A DNA stretch of 64,000 bases from Anaeromyxobacter sp. (GTDB lineage Bacteria > Myxococcota > Myxococcia > Myxococcales > Anaeromyxobacteraceae), in contig JASGJN010000017.1 in NCBI GenBank assembly GCA_049840735.1, positions 192,001 to 256,000 of the forward strand, given 5' to 3'. Shown piece by piece: positions 32,029-43,117 of this stretch; position 1 is the stretch's first letter, and every line of letters begins with the position of its first letter. Made by a program: the position numbers and the translations under genes. The notes under the pieces were generated by a model. It saw only the letters and a list, made by a program, of their open reading frames with translations, did not search any database and was not told the DNA's origin.

Positions 32029-33558
32029 ATGGAGAAGCTCTCGCCCGACACCATCATCGGGATCGACCTGGGGACCACCAACTCGTGTGGCGCGGTCGCC
32101 TATGGCGACGGCCAGGTCAAGCTCATCCCGTACAAGGGTGGCGACTACACCATCCCGTCGATCTTCGCGATCGACGACAAGGGGAACGAGCTGATCGGCC
32201 ACGAGGCCAAGCGCCAGTGGCAGCTCAACCCCAAGAACACGCTCTACGCGACCAAGCGGCTGATCGGCCGCGCCCCCAAGGATGACGTGGTGGAGAGCGT
32301 ACAGCGCTCGGTCCAGTACCGCGTCCACCCCGGCGGACAGAACGACGTGGAGCTGGACTGCCACGGGCGCTCGTTCCACGTCCCTGAGATCAGCGCCAAG
32401 ATCCTGGCCAAGATCCGCGACGTCTCCTCCGACCACCTGGGCTTCAAGGTCTGCCGCGCGGTGGTGACCGTGCCGGCCTACTTCACCGACCGGCAGCGCC
32501 AGGCCGTGAAGGAGGCAGGGAAGCTCATCGACCTGGACGTGGTCCGGATCATCAACGAGCCCACCGCCGCCGCGCTGGCCTACGGCATCGGGAAGAAGCT
32601 CAACGAGCGGGTGCTGGTCTACGACCTGGGCGGCGGCACGTTCGACGTCTCCATCATCGAGATCCGCGATCGCGTCTTCGAGGTGAAGGCCACCGGGGGT
32701 GACATCTTCCTGGGCGGCATCGACTTCGACAACGCGATGATCGCCCACGTGCTGGACGAGTTCCGCAAGAAGCACGGCATCGACCTGTCCTCGGATCCGG
32801 TGGCCATGCAGCGCATCAAGGACCTGGCCGAGCGGACCAAGATCGACCTGTCGGCGCGGACCGAGGCCCCGTTCTCCATCCCCTTCATCACCATGACGCC
32901 CCAGGGCCAGCCGCTCAACCTGGACGTCCGCTTCGACCGGAAGCTGCTCGAGGCGCTCACGCAGCACCTGGTGGACCGCTCGCTCAAGATCATGGGCGGC
33001 GTGATGGTGGACGCCGGCCTCACAGCCAAGGACATCGACGAGGTGATGCTGGTGGGCGGGCAGACCCGCATGCCCATCATCCAGGAGCGGCTGACCAGGT
33101 ACTTCGGCCGCCCGCCGTCCAAGGGCGTCCACCCCGACGAGGCGGTCGCCATCGGCGCGGCGCTCTACGGCTGGTCGCTGCAGGAGAACTCGGACCTCAA
33201 GGTCCAGCTGCTCGACGTCATCCCCATGGCCATCGGGATTGAGCAGGCGGGCGGCAAGATGCACGTGGTCTTCCCGCGCAACGCCGCCATCCCCAACGCC
33301 CGGACCGTGGCCGCCACCAGCTCGCTCGACAACCAGACCGACCTGGTGGTCCGCATCCACCAGGGCGACTCGGCGGAGTGCGTGCACAACGAGCTCCTCG
33401 GCGAGTTCACCTTCTCCGGGGCGCGCGCCGCCAGGGCCGGCGAGGTGCGCCTGGAGATCCTCTTCGAGGTGAACATCGAGGGGATCCTCACCATGAGCGC
33501 GCGGGACCTGGACACCGGGCGGCAGATGAAGACGACCGTGCGCGTCAGCGCTGGGTAG
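32029..33558 (+). CDS. Hsp70-family protein lacking the C-terminal lid
   Basis: [39 protein letters not shown]; ends after the SBD beta region (509 aa). Confidence 0.92.
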   Translation: MEKLSPDTIIGIDLGTTNSCGAVAYGDGQVKLIPYKGGDYTIPSIFAIDDKGNELIGHEAKRQWQLNPKNTLYATKRLIGRAPKDDVVESVQRSVQYRVHPGGQNDVELDCHGRSFHVPEISAKILAKIRDVSSDHLGFKVCRAVVTVPAYFTDRQRQAVKEAGKLIDLDVVRIINEPTAAALAYGIGKKLNERVLVYDLGGGTFDVSIIEIRDRVFEVKATGGDIFLGGIDFDNAMIAHVLDEFRKKHGIDLSSDPVAMQRIKDLAERTKIDLSARTEAPFSIPFITMTPQGQPLNLDVRFDRKLLEALTQHLVDRSLKIMGGVMVDAGLTAKDIDEVMLVGGQTRMPIIQERLTRYFGRPPSKGVHPDEAVAIGAALYGWSLQENSDLKVQLLDVIPMAIGIEQAGGKMHVVFPRNAAIPNARTVAATSSLDNQTDLVVRIHQGDSAECVHNELLGEFTFSGARAARAGEVRLEILFEVNIEGILTMSARDLDTGRQMKTTVRVSAG

Positions 33559-33590
33559 CCTCCCTCCGCCCTCCCCTCCCTGGACATGGA

Positions 33591-33621
33591 ACGGCCCCCG
33601 ACGCTCGCGCGCGGGGGCCGT
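33591..33621. terminator. Hairpin between convergent genes
   Basis: ACGGCCCCCG...CGGGGGCCGT. Confidence 0.5.
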
Positions 33622-33644
33622 GGTGCTTCCAGCTGGCCTTCGGC

Positions 33645-35102
33645 TCAGTGGCCGCGGCCGCCGCCGCGCGCGCCGCCGGAGGGGGCCGGACGGGCACCGC
33701 CGCCCCCACCACCGCCGTGCGGCACGGAGAAGCTGCCGGCGTTGCTGCCGCCGCCGCGCGGAGCCTGGTAGACCGGCGCGGGGGTGGCCGCGTTGCCGCC
33801 GCTTCGCGGGGCCTGGTAGACCGGCGCGGGAGTGGCCGCGTTGCCGCCGCCGCGCGGGGCGTCGTAGCCCTGGACGGGAGCGCTGGCGTCGCCGCGACGA
33901 GGGGGGCCGTTGTCGCCGCCACGGGGGGCGTCGTAGCCCTGGACGGCACCGCCGGCTCCGCCGCGCCGAGGGGGACCGTTGTCGCCGCCACGCGGGGCGT
34001 CGTAGCCCTGGACGGCACCGCTGGCTCCGCCGCGCCGAGGGGGACCGTTGTCGCCGCCACGCGGGGCGTCGTAGCCCTGGACGGCTCCGCCGGCTCCGCG
34101 CTCGGACGGAGACTGCGCCCGGGGCTGCTGGCCGTAGACCGGGCCGCCGCGCTCCGCCTGCGGGAAGGCCTGCTGGTTGCGCGGCACCGAGCCCTCGTCG
34201 CGGCGGAAGCCGCGCGGCGAGCCGTGGACCGGGCGCGACTCGGGGGCGCCGCTGCGCGCCGCCGGGACGCCGCGGCCGGGCCGGTAGATGGACACCTCAC
34301 CGGGCCGGACGGTGCGCGACTGGCCAGGGGTCGCGGCAGGCACCACCCGCACCGGGGTGATGGCGCGCCCCACGCGCTGCTCGATGGCGCGCGGCGGAGG
34401 GCCGCCCCAGGCCGGCGCAGGGACCGGACGGCCCGGCACCGGGCGACCGCCGGCGACCGGCGGCGCGGGCGCGGTGGCGTAGAAGTAGCGCCGGCCGTAG
34501 GTCGGGGCGTACGCCACCGAGTAGACCGGGTAGGCCACGAAGTGCGTGCAGGGGACGAAGGTCCACCAGAAATCCACGTACGGGTAGGCGTTCACGTAGA
34601 CCGACACGCCCGGGCCGAGCGGCGCCCAGCCGACCACGTCACCGGAGTAGCGCCAGGTCACCCAGGCCGGCGCCCACTGGTAGCCCGGCACCCAGACCCA
34701 GCCGTAGTAGCCGTCGTAGGTCCAGCGGCCGTAGTGGTACGCGGCCCAGCCGAAGGGCTCGTCCGAGACCCACAGCCAGCCTTCGTTGGTCCACTCCCAG
34801 CGGCCGTAGTAGTACGGCCGCCAGCCAGCAGCCACGTGGGGGCGCCAGACCATCCCGTAGCCGGCCACGTTAACCCACTGGCCATAAGGCGCCAGCGAGC
34901 CCTGGAAGGTGTCCAGGTTCACCTGGCCGGCGTCGCCGTTCAGGTCCACCGAGACGTCGTAGCCGTCGCCCTGCGGCTGCGGCTGGCCGGCGTCACCCCA
35001 CTCCTGGGAGTAGTCCTCCTCCCACTCCCGATCCTGTGCGCGGGCGACCCCCGGCAGGACGAGGGCACCGAGCAGGGCGAAGGTGAGCGCGCGGGGCAGC
35101 AT
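33645..35102 (-). CDS. Exported Trp/Tyr-rich DUF6600-like protein with Gly/Pro/Arg-rich repeat tail
   Basis: Signal peptide; LAPYGQW, WRPYYYGRW, PFGWAAYHYGRW, WAPAWV, GWAPLGP. Confidence 0.8.
   Translation of the reverse strand: MLPRALTFALLGALVLPGVARAQDREWEEDYSQEWGDAGQPQPQGDGYDVSVDLNGDAGQVNLDTFQGSLAPYGQWVNVAGYGMVWRPHVAAGWRPYYYGRWEWTNEGWLWVSDEPFGWAAYHYGRWTYDGYYGWVWVPGYQWAPAWVTWRYSGDVVGWAPLGPGVSVYVNAYPYVDFWWTFVPCTHFVAYPVYSVAYAPTYGRRYFYATAPAPPVAGGRPVPGRPVPAPAWGGPPPRAIEQRVGRAITPVRVVPAATPGQSRTVRPGEVSIYRPGRGVPAARSGAPESRPVHGSPRGFRRDEGSVPRNQQAFPQAERGGPVYGQQPRAQSPSERGAGGAVQGYDAPRGGDNGPPRRGGASGAVQGYDAPRGGDNGPPRRGGAGGAVQGYDAPRGGDNGPPRRGDASAPVQGYDAPRGGGNAATPAPVYQAPRSGGNAATPAPVYQAPRGGGSNAGSFSVPHGGGGGGGARPAPSGGARGGGRGH
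33760..34100 (-). repeat. Coding tandem repeats (60-bp GAVQGYDAPRGGDNGPPRRG units, then 48-bp NAATPAPVYQAPR units)
   Basis: Seen directly in DNA and translation. Confidence 0.85.
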
Positions 35103-35174
35103 GGCGTATCTCCTTGCGGGCGACCTCGCCGGGAACGGTGCGAGGTGAGCACGCGGCACGACGACCCATCGCAC

Positions 35175-35190
35175 AGCAACGAGCGTGCCG
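35175..35190 (-). promoter_or_regulatory. Sigma54 -24/-12 promoter
   Basis: Minus strand CGGCAC-GCTCG-TTGCT, ~70 bp upstream of ATG 35102. Confidence 0.6.
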
Positions 35191-35378
35191 CGAAGAAAGC
35201 CCGGTTGCAACGGGGATTTCCGTGTAGCCGGACCGGCGGAGGCGGCACAGTGTGCCACCTGTTCACCGGCCCGGGCCCGGCGGCACGGGTGCCGCCTACC
35301 CGGACCCACACCGGACGGCCCCTGAAGCGCGACGGGCGGCCAGGAGGCCGCCCGCTCGGTGCCCGGCCAGGGACGGCC

Positions 35379-36666
<1,288 letters not shown>

Positions 36667-36820
36667 GCGTTTCCTCTTCCCGCCTGATGTTACCACCAAA
36701 ACCCGGCCCGCCCAGCAACCGGCCCTGGCCGAATATAGCCAGGCCTCCACCATATCGCCTTCCCAACTCCATGGTGGGCGCGACGGGGGTCTCGCAAGGC
36801 CCCTCGACCAGGGGTCAGGG

Positions 36821-37444
36821 CTACCCTTCGAGGAGGTCTTCCAGCTCCTCCGCCAGCCCCTCGGCCTTCTGCGCGAGGGGCCGCGGCACACCATTCTCGC
36901 CCTTGCAGGCCTCGGCCAGGCGGCGCGCGGCCGCGGCCAGGCGGGCGAGCCGCTCGCCCTTCGGCGGACTGGGCGGCGCCGGGGGTGGTCCGAACTTCTC
37001 CGACAGCTTGCGGTTCATGGCCGCAGGCGTGGGGGGCCGCTCCAGGACCTCGTCGCGCAGCTCGCGCCACCCCGAGTCGGTGAGGCGGCCCGAGGCCTCG
37101 GCCCGCGAGAGGACCTCGATCACCTCGAACGGCGGCGCCTTCTCGTCGCCGCCGCGCGCGCGGGCCAGGCCCGGCTCGTGCTTCTCGAGGAAGTGGTACG
37201 AGGCGGTGAGCTTGTCCGCGGTGGCGCCGCGGATGAAGAGCTCCTTCGAGCAGTAGCGCTCGAAGCTGGGGTGGCCCCACTCGCGCCACAGCTCCTTGCG
37301 TCGCACCTCGGCCAGCAGCCGGCCGAACTCGACCCAGGCCGACTTGAAGCGCTGCGCGCCCTCCATGACGCGGCGGCGCATCGAGCCCTCCGGGAGGTCC
37401 TCGGCGCGGGCCGCCAGCTTCTCAGCGGTGCTCGTCGGGCTCAT
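36821..37444 (-). CDS. Hypothetical helical protein
   Basis: GC3-biased 207-aa ORF ([22 protein letters not shown]) coupled to upstream gene. Confidence 0.7.
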   Translation of the reverse strand: MSPTSTAEKLAARAEDLPEGSMRRRVMEGAQRFKSAWVEFGRLLAEVRRKELWREWGHPSFERYCSKELFIRGATADKLTASYHFLEKHEPGLARARGGDEKAPPFEVIEVLSRAEASGRLTDSGWRELRDEVLERPPTPAAMNRKLSEKFGPPPAPPSPPKGERLARLAAAARRLAEACKGENGVPRPLAQKAEGLAEELEDLLEG

Positions 37445-37445
37445 G

Positions 37446-38342
37446 TCAGCGTCCGATGCTGAAGGCGAGCTGCACGGTGGGGCGCTGGCCGGGGAACGGA
37501 TCGAAGCGCCAGGCCGCCAGCGCGCGGGTCAGGCACTCGCGCAGCGGCCCCTCGCGGAAGCGCGGATCGTCGATCCAGAGCGCCACCACCCGGCCGTCGT
37601 TGCCGATGGCGAACTCCAGCGGCACGTCGCCGCGCAGCTCCGGCCAGCGGGCCGCCTCCTCCTTGAAGCAGGGGGCCAGCGTGCGCTGCTGCCGGTTGAC
37701 CACCGCCTGGATGCGCCCCACGTCGAACTGGGCCACCACCAGGTCGCCGCCGGCCGGCGGTGCGGCCTGCGCGGCGGCCGGCTTGTGCCGCACCGGCGCG
37801 CGGGCCGCAGGCGCGTCCGGGGCAGCCGGCTCGAAGGCGACCTCGATCTCGTCGGCGCCGCCGCCGGAGCGGCCGGACACGCCGATGCGCGTGGGACCGG
37901 CGATGCGGATGCCCTGGCCGAAGTCCTCCAGCAGCGGGCTCTCCGCGCCGTGCCCCAGCAGCCGGTCCAGCAGCGGCCGGAACGGGGGCGAGAGCGCCAC
38001 GCCCACCACCGCCAGCACCGCCACGCCCACCGCGGCCAGCACCAGCTTGGCCCGCGAGCGCCGCGCCCGGAGCTTGCGCGCGCCGGTGACCTCGGCCTCG
38101 ATGCGCAGCGCGGCCTCGGCCTTGCGCGCGTGGAGCTGGAACAGCGGCACCTCGCCCAGCGGCGCCCAGCGGCCGTCGCCGGAGGAGACCGGCGTGGAGG
38201 CGTCCAGCTCCCCGCGGTAGAGCATCGCCGCCAGCGCGCGCGAGGCGACCGGGCCGAACACCTCGCCGCGGCGCCGGAAGAGCCACTCGCCGGCGTCGAG
38301 GGCAGGATCGTCCGGGAGGAACGGCGCTTCGGGTCCAGTCAT
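37446..38342 (-). CDS. GYF_2 domain / TM / AgmX-PglI(TonB-C)-like protein
   Basis: WLFRRRGEVFGPV, central TM, C-terminal LAPCF...FAIGNDGRV...CL...WRF. Confidence 0.75.
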   Translation of the reverse strand: MTGPEAPFLPDDPALDAGEWLFRRRGEVFGPVASRALAAMLYRGELDASTPVSSGDGRWAPLGEVPLFQLHARKAEAALRIEAEVTGARKLRARRSRAKLVLAAVGVAVLAVVGVALSPPFRPLLDRLLGHGAESPLLEDFGQGIRIAGPTRIGVSGRSGGGADEIEVAFEPAAPDAPAARAPVRHKPAAAQAAPPAGGDLVVAQFDVGRIQAVVNRQQRTLAPCFKEEAARWPELRGDVPLEFAIGNDGRVVALWIDDPRFREGPLRECLTRALAAWRFDPFPGQRPTVQLAFSIGR

Positions 38343-38405
38343 GCGGTGGGGGCTCGTCGAGAAGGCTCGCGCCGTTGCGGCGGGCGTGGTGAACTTAGCA
38401 CGACC

Positions 38406-39206
38406 TTGGAACGGCGCACCTACGCTCTCCGCCTCCTCTACGATGGTGCCCGCTTTCGCGGGTTCCAGCGCCAGCCCGGGCTGCCCACCGTCCAGGAGGC
38501 GGTGGAGGACGCGCTGGCCAAGGTGGGGATCCGTGCGCCGCTGGCGGTGGCGGCGCGGACCGACGCCGGCGTACACGCGCTGGCGCAGGTGGTCAGCTTC
38601 TCCGCCCGCGCGGCGCTGGATCCCGAGGCGTTGCGGCAGCGCGTCAACGCCGACCTGCCCGAGGGGCTGATGGCGCTCGAGGTCTGGGCGGCGCCGGCGT
38701 GCTTCCACGCCCGCAACTCGGCGCGCTCGCGCACCTACGTCTACCTGCTGGGCGTGGACGTGCCCGAAGCGGTGCGACCATACGCCTGGGCGTTGCCAGA
38801 CGCGCGGGCGTTCCCGGAGCTGGCGGCGCCGGTCATCGACCCGGCGGCGATGCGGGCCGCGCTGCAAGCAGCCGTGGGCGAGCACGACTTCACCGGCTTC
38901 GCCCGGCCCGGCGAGCAGCGCGGGACCGTGCGCACCCTGCTCCGGGCCGAGGTGATCACGGCGGAGTGGACCCCGCTTCACGCGGTGGTGCTGGAGGGCA
39001 AGGGGTTCCTGCGCGCCATGGTCCGCAACCTGGTCGGCACCGCGGCCACCGTCGGCGTGGGGCTCGCTCCGGTGGAGCGGGTCGCCGAGCTGATCGCGGC
39101 GCGCGGGCGGTACCGCGGCGTGCGCGCGCCCGGGTGGGGCCTCACGCTGGCCGCGGTCGCCTATCCGCCGGGGCAGCTTCCAGCGCCGCCCGGTACAGCT
39201 CGCTGA
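38406..39206 (+). CDS. truA: tRNA pseudouridine synthase A
   Basis: YDGARFRGFQRQ, ARTDAGVHA, FHAR, GEHDF, FLRAMVR, APGWGL. Confidence 0.92.
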   Translation: MERRTYALRLLYDGARFRGFQRQPGLPTVQEAVEDALAKVGIRAPLAVAARTDAGVHALAQVVSFSARAALDPEALRQRVNADLPEGLMALEVWAAPACFHARNSARSRTYVYLLGVDVPEAVRPYAWALPDARAFPELAAPVIDPAAMRAALQAAVGEHDFTGFARPGEQRGTVRTLLRAEVITAEWTPLHAVVLEGKGFLRAMVRNLVGTAATVGVGLAPVERVAELIAARGRYRGVRAPGWGLTLAAVAYPPGQLPAPPGTAR

Positions 39207-39314
39207 ACACCTCGAACACCGGGGAGCGGCCGCCCGGCGTCACCCGCACGCGGCGCGCCGGCAGGCGCGGCGGAGGCGGCGGCACCGGACGGTCGCCCGA
39301 TCCCGGGGTACCGC

Positions 39315-39560
39315 TCACATCGCCCTCTGCTGCTCGGGGTGCTGGCCGTACTTGGCGAGGAGGTCCGCCACGGCCTCGCGCAGGTAGTCCGACTGACGCA
39401 CGCGGGTGCGACGCGCCAGGTTGCGCAGCTCGGTGGCCAGCTGCGGCGGGAGCCGGATCAGCATGGGCTCCAGGCGGGTCGTGGCGACGGCGGCGGCGTG
39501 GTCGGCGGCGTTGAGCTGGACGGCGATATCGTCGGGGTGCATGTGCGCTCCTTGCGACAT
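39315..39560 (-). CDS. Ribbon-helix-helix DNA-binding protein
   Basis: MLIRLPPQLATELRNLARRTRVRQSDYLREAVADLLAKY. Confidence 0.8.
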   Translation of the reverse strand: MSQGAHMHPDDIAVQLNAADHAAAVATTRLEPMLIRLPPQLATELRNLARRTRVRQSDYLREAVADLLAKYGQHPEQQRAM

Positions 39561-39797
39561 GGGATGACTTACACCTACACGCTACCACCCGATATGCGGG
39601 TCGCAAGAAAGCGTCGAAAAATCCGAAAACTTGACGGGAAGCGAGCGGAACGGGGCGCCGCCGAAGAGGGCCGCACGGTGCGTGGAAACGGCTCGCGCAG
39701 AGGCCTTCCAGGGCCTCAGACCTCAGGCATCAGGACTCGGGAGAAGCGCCTCTACCTGAGGCCCGAAGCCTGAGGCCTCGGGCCCATGAGCCGCGCG

Positions 39798-40337
39798 CTA
39801 GAACCTGAGCTGCAACCCGGTCGAAGCGTAGAAGCTGGCGATGCGGGCCTCGCCGAAGCTGGACGAGAACCCGCCGCTCACGAAGACACCGCCGCTGCGC
39901 GACCAGTCATAGATAACGCCCAGCCCCACCATCGGGCCGACGCCCACGCGAGACTTGAGCGGGGCCCAGAGCCCCACGTCGAAGAAGGTCTTCCACTCCT
40001 CGGTGCCGAAGTAGGCGCGGTAGCGCAGGTCGGCGGTGAGCAGGACATTCTCCTGGGCCGGATTGTCCCAGGAGGCGAGCGTGCCGGTCAGGCCCACCAT
40101 CAGCTCGTTCCCCTCCCCCAGCACGTCCCAGCCGTAGCCCAGCCGCAGCGCCGGGCGCCAGGACGAGGCCGACGCCTTGCCGGAGATGGCCACGGTGTCG
40201 TGGGCCACCAGCGCCTCGACCACGGGGCCCTGCAGGTCGCGGTGGTCGTAGCGCGGCTCGAGCGCGGCCCCCAGCGCAGGCGCGAGCAGGAAGGCGAGGA
40301 GCGCGGCGCGGCGAACGGTCTTCCTGGCTTGGGTCAC
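39798..40337 (-). CDS. Putative outer-membrane beta-barrel protein
   Basis: Signal peptide, alternating beta pattern, C-terminal GLQLRF; fused to larE in the ORF track only through a frameshift. Confidence 0.6.
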   Translation of the reverse strand: MTQARKTVRRAALLAFLLAPALGAALEPRYDHRDLQGPVVEALVAHDTVAISGKASASSWRPALRLGYGWDVLGEGNELMVGLTGTLASWDNPAQENVLLTADLRYRAYFGTEEWKTFFDVGLWAPLKSRVGVGPMVGLGVIYDWSRSGGVFVSGGFSSSFGEARIASFYASTGLQLRF

Positions 40338-40378
40338 GGGAGGCTCCGGCTCGGGGCGCGGGGGGCGTTCTCGTGCCT

Positions 40379-41231
40379 TCAAGGCACGACCGGGAGGGGG
40401 ATGCCGGCCAGGGCGTTCATCCGGCCCGAGCGGAACGGCTCCAGATTCCAGCACCGCCAGCTTGAACCCGGCCGCCTTCACCGCGGCCACCAGCTCCGCG
40501 CGGCGGCCGAAGGCCTGCTCCAGCTCGGCCTCGGAGACCTCGACGCGGCCGATGTCGCCGTGGTGCCGGACGCGCAGCTCCCTGAGCCCGAGCGCGCGCA
40601 GCCCGGCCTCGGCGCGCTCCACCTGCGCCAGCCGCTCCGGGGTGACCGGCGTGCCATAGGGGATGCGCGAGGCCAGGCAGGCCAGCTGCGGCTTGTCCCA
40701 GGTCGGCAGCCCCAGCGCCTCGCTCCAGGCCCGGACCTCGTCCTTGGTCAGCCCGACCTCCGCCAGCAGCGAGCGGACCCCGCGCTCGCCGGCGGCGCGG
40801 TGACCCGGCCGGTGGTCGCGGCGATCGTCCGCGTTGAAGCCGTCGAGGATGGCGGCGAGCCCCTCCCGCGCCGCGGTCTCCTGGCAGAGCCGGTAGAGCT
40901 CGGACTTGCAGAAGTAGCAGCGGTCGGAGCCGTTCGCGACGTAGCGCGGGTCGTCGCCCTCGCGGCTCTCGACCTCGACCAGCCGCGCCCCCAGCCGCGC
41001 CGCCAGGGCGCGCGCCTCGGCCCGCTCCGCAGCCGGCACCGAGGCGGAGTGGGCGATGAGCGCCAGCGCGCGATCGCCCAGCGCTTCGCGCGCCACGGCC
41101 AGCAGGAAGGTGGAGTCCACGCCGGCGGAGAACGCGACCAGGGCGCTGCCGCAGCCCCCCAGCGCCTCGCGCAGGCGCGCCAGCTTCGGCGCCGAGGCGG
41201 CGCGGACGGACTCGAGCGACGGGGTGCTCAT
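40379..41231 (-). CDS. larE: LarE-like ATP-dependent sacrificial sulfur transferase (frameshift at ~40446)
   Basis: AFSAGVDS PP-loop, RCYFCK, DHRPG, WDKPQLACLASRIPYG, LRVRHHG; corrected end DLEPFRSGRMN. Confidence 0.88.
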
Positions 41232-41270
41232 GGCGGCGGCATGCATAGCACGGGCGGCCGCCTGCGGCTG

Positions 41271-41990
41271 CTACCGCCTGCGCTTGGCCGCCTTGGCGCC
41301 GCGCGCCGGCACCTTGCGCGGCACCTTGCGCGGCGCCTTGCGGGCCGCCGCCTTGGCCGCCAGCTTCTGCCGGCCGCCCGAGCGCGCCGCGGGCGCCGGC
41401 TTGGCGCGCCGCGCGCGGAGCCCGCCGGTGAGCCGGGTGAACTCGGCCGGGGGCAGGTAGCGGGCGTCCACCATGGCCTGGAAGATCTGGTGGACCGCGT
41501 CCTGGACCTCGAGCTGCTCGGTGTGGAGCGTCAGCTCGGCGCGCGCCGGGGGCTCGTAGGGCACGTCCACGCCGAAGACGTTCTTCACCTCGCCCGCCAG
41601 CGCCTTCTTGTAGAGCGAGCCGCCCTCGCGCCCCTGCAGCGCCTCCATGGAGCAGTCCACGAAGACCTCCAGGAAGCGGCGCGCCTCGCGCCGGACCTGC
41701 TCGCGGGCGTCGCGATAGGGCGAGAGCGCCGAGACCACCGCGATGCCGCCGGCCTTCATGATGCCGCGGGCCGCGTAGCCCAGCCGCGCGACGATCCTGG
41801 CCTGCTCCTCCTTGGCCGGGCCGAGCCCGTCGATGAGGACCTTCGCCTCGCCGTCCTCGTCGAGCAGCTGCGCCGGCAGCCCCACCGTGGACAGCCGCTG
41901 TGCCACCAGCGTGGCCAGCGTGCTCTTGCCCGACCGGTGCATGCCCGTCAGCCAGATGATGAAGCCGTTCCCCTGCGCCTGGATGTCCAT
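41271..41990 (-). CDS. cysC: Adenylyl-sulfate (APS) kinase family protein with Lys/Arg/Ala-rich tail
   Basis: IIWLTGMHRSGKSTLA, SPYRDAR, FLEVFV, LYKKALAGEV, PYEPP. Confidence 0.8.
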   Translation of the reverse strand: MDIQAQGNGFIIWLTGMHRSGKSTLATLVAQRLSTVGLPAQLLDEDGEAKVLIDGLGPAKEEQARIVARLGYAARGIMKAGGIAVVSALSPYRDAREQVRREARRFLEVFVDCSMEALQGREGGSLYKKALAGEVKNVFGVDVPYEPPARAELTLHTEQLEVQDAVHQIFQAMVDARYLPPAEFTRLTGGLRARRAKPAPAARSGGRQKLAAKAAARKAPRKVPRKVPARGAKAAKRRR

Positions 41991-42151
41991 GCGATCCTCC
42001 GGTGCGCCCAGGTGCGACCCCCCGGCCCGGGCGGCGCCACGGCCAAAGTCGAAAAAGTATACCCTTTGGCGCACCCCCATTTCCACCCGGGTGCCGGATC
42101 GCCGGTCGGATTTCTGGTGAGATCGAGGTGGCTTGCGCGATATCGGAGCGC

Positions 42152-42850
42152 TTACGCCTCCGGCGCCTTCGCCGGCTCGCCCGCGCAGACGCACCCTGCC
42201 AGGCGCTGGGTGGGCCGGACCATGGCCGCCCCGCGGATCAGCTCGATCCGGCGCCCCGTCACCCCGGGAAGGCCCGTGAGCATGAGGATCAGCTCGGAGG
42301 CGGCCACCGCGGCCAGCGCTCCGGCTCCTGGCAGGGGTGGGCGCCCCGCCCCGGTCACCGAACGGGCGCAGGCAAAGCATGGCGCCCCAGGCGGGACGCT
42401 GACCACCGAGCCACCCTCCCCGTCCGCCTCCACCACCACGTGCGGGATCCCGGCGCGCCGGGCCTCCTCTGCAGCCTGGAGCGCCTGCGTGGTGGATGCG
42501 GCGCAGATGAAGGCGCCGCTGGGGACACCGCCCACCGGGTAGCGGTCCACCAGCACGAACTCCGACAGCGGCCCCAGCGCCTGGCGGGCGGCCTCCACCC
42601 GGGACCGGCCCACCGCGGACGGCGGATAGAGCCAGCTGGGCGCGTCGGCCGGGCCCACATCCTCGTGGTCGTCGAGCCAGAGCCGCCCCACCCCGGCCTG
42701 GACCAGGTAGACCAGCCCCGGCCCGGCCACGGCGCTCGCGCCCACCGCGCGGACGCGCGAGCCCAGCAGCAGCTCCTGCGCCGCCTCACCCAGCCCCGGC
42801 ACCAGCAGCTGCCGCGCGTACCGCGCGATCCGATCCTCGCTCAACGCCAC
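42152..42850 (-). CDS. ThiF/MoeB-family protein with degenerate ATP site
   Basis: RYARQLLVPGLGEAAQ N-terminus, GASAVA instead of GxGxxG, PCFAC retained. Confidence 0.75.
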   Translation of the reverse strand: MALSEDRIARYARQLLVPGLGEAAQELLLGSRVRAVGASAVAGPGLVYLVQAGVGRLWLDDHEDVGPADAPSWLYPPSAVGRSRVEAARQALGPLSEFVLVDRYPVGGVPSGAFICAASTTQALQAAEEARRAGIPHVVVEADGEGGSVVSVPPGAPCFACARSVTGAGRPPLPGAGALAAVAASELILMLTGLPGVTGRRIELIRGAAMVRPTQRLAGCVCAGEPAKAPEA

Positions 42851-42871
42851 GGTGGGCTCCTCTCGCTCGCC

Positions 42872-43117
42872 TCAGGGCAGCTCGGCCGGCGCGCCCTGGC
42901 CCTTCTCCAGCACCACCCGCCAGCCCTCGTCCCCGGCCAGCGGCTCCACCAGGAGCACCCGGTGGCCGTCCTCCTGGGCGCTCCGCGGCACGCTGTCCAG
43001 CGGCTCGCCCTCGCGCAACCAGACCTCCACCCGCTCGCCCGCCGCCACCCGCTCGAGCGCGAGGCGCGCCTTAACCCAGGTGAGCGGGCAGGCGAAGGCG
43101 CGCACGTCCACCGGCAT
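42872..43117 (-). CDS. TusA/SirA-family sulfur carrier
   Basis: MPVDVRAFACPLTWVK (CPxT variant of CPxP); TGATG-coupled to upstream ThiF. Confidence 0.85.
   Translation of the reverse strand: MPVDVRAFACPLTWVKARLALERVAAGERVEVWLREGEPLDSVPRSAQEDGHRVLLVEPLAGDEGWRVVLEKGQGAPAELP

Noticed and set aside
39315..39560. Toxin-antitoxin module
   Set aside because: No adjacent toxin ORF; the neighbour is convergent truA.
39798..41246. Apparent LarE-beta-barrel fusion
   Set aside because: Created by the GATTC insertion at 40444; corrected LarE stops at 40379 and the second gene has its own signal peptide.
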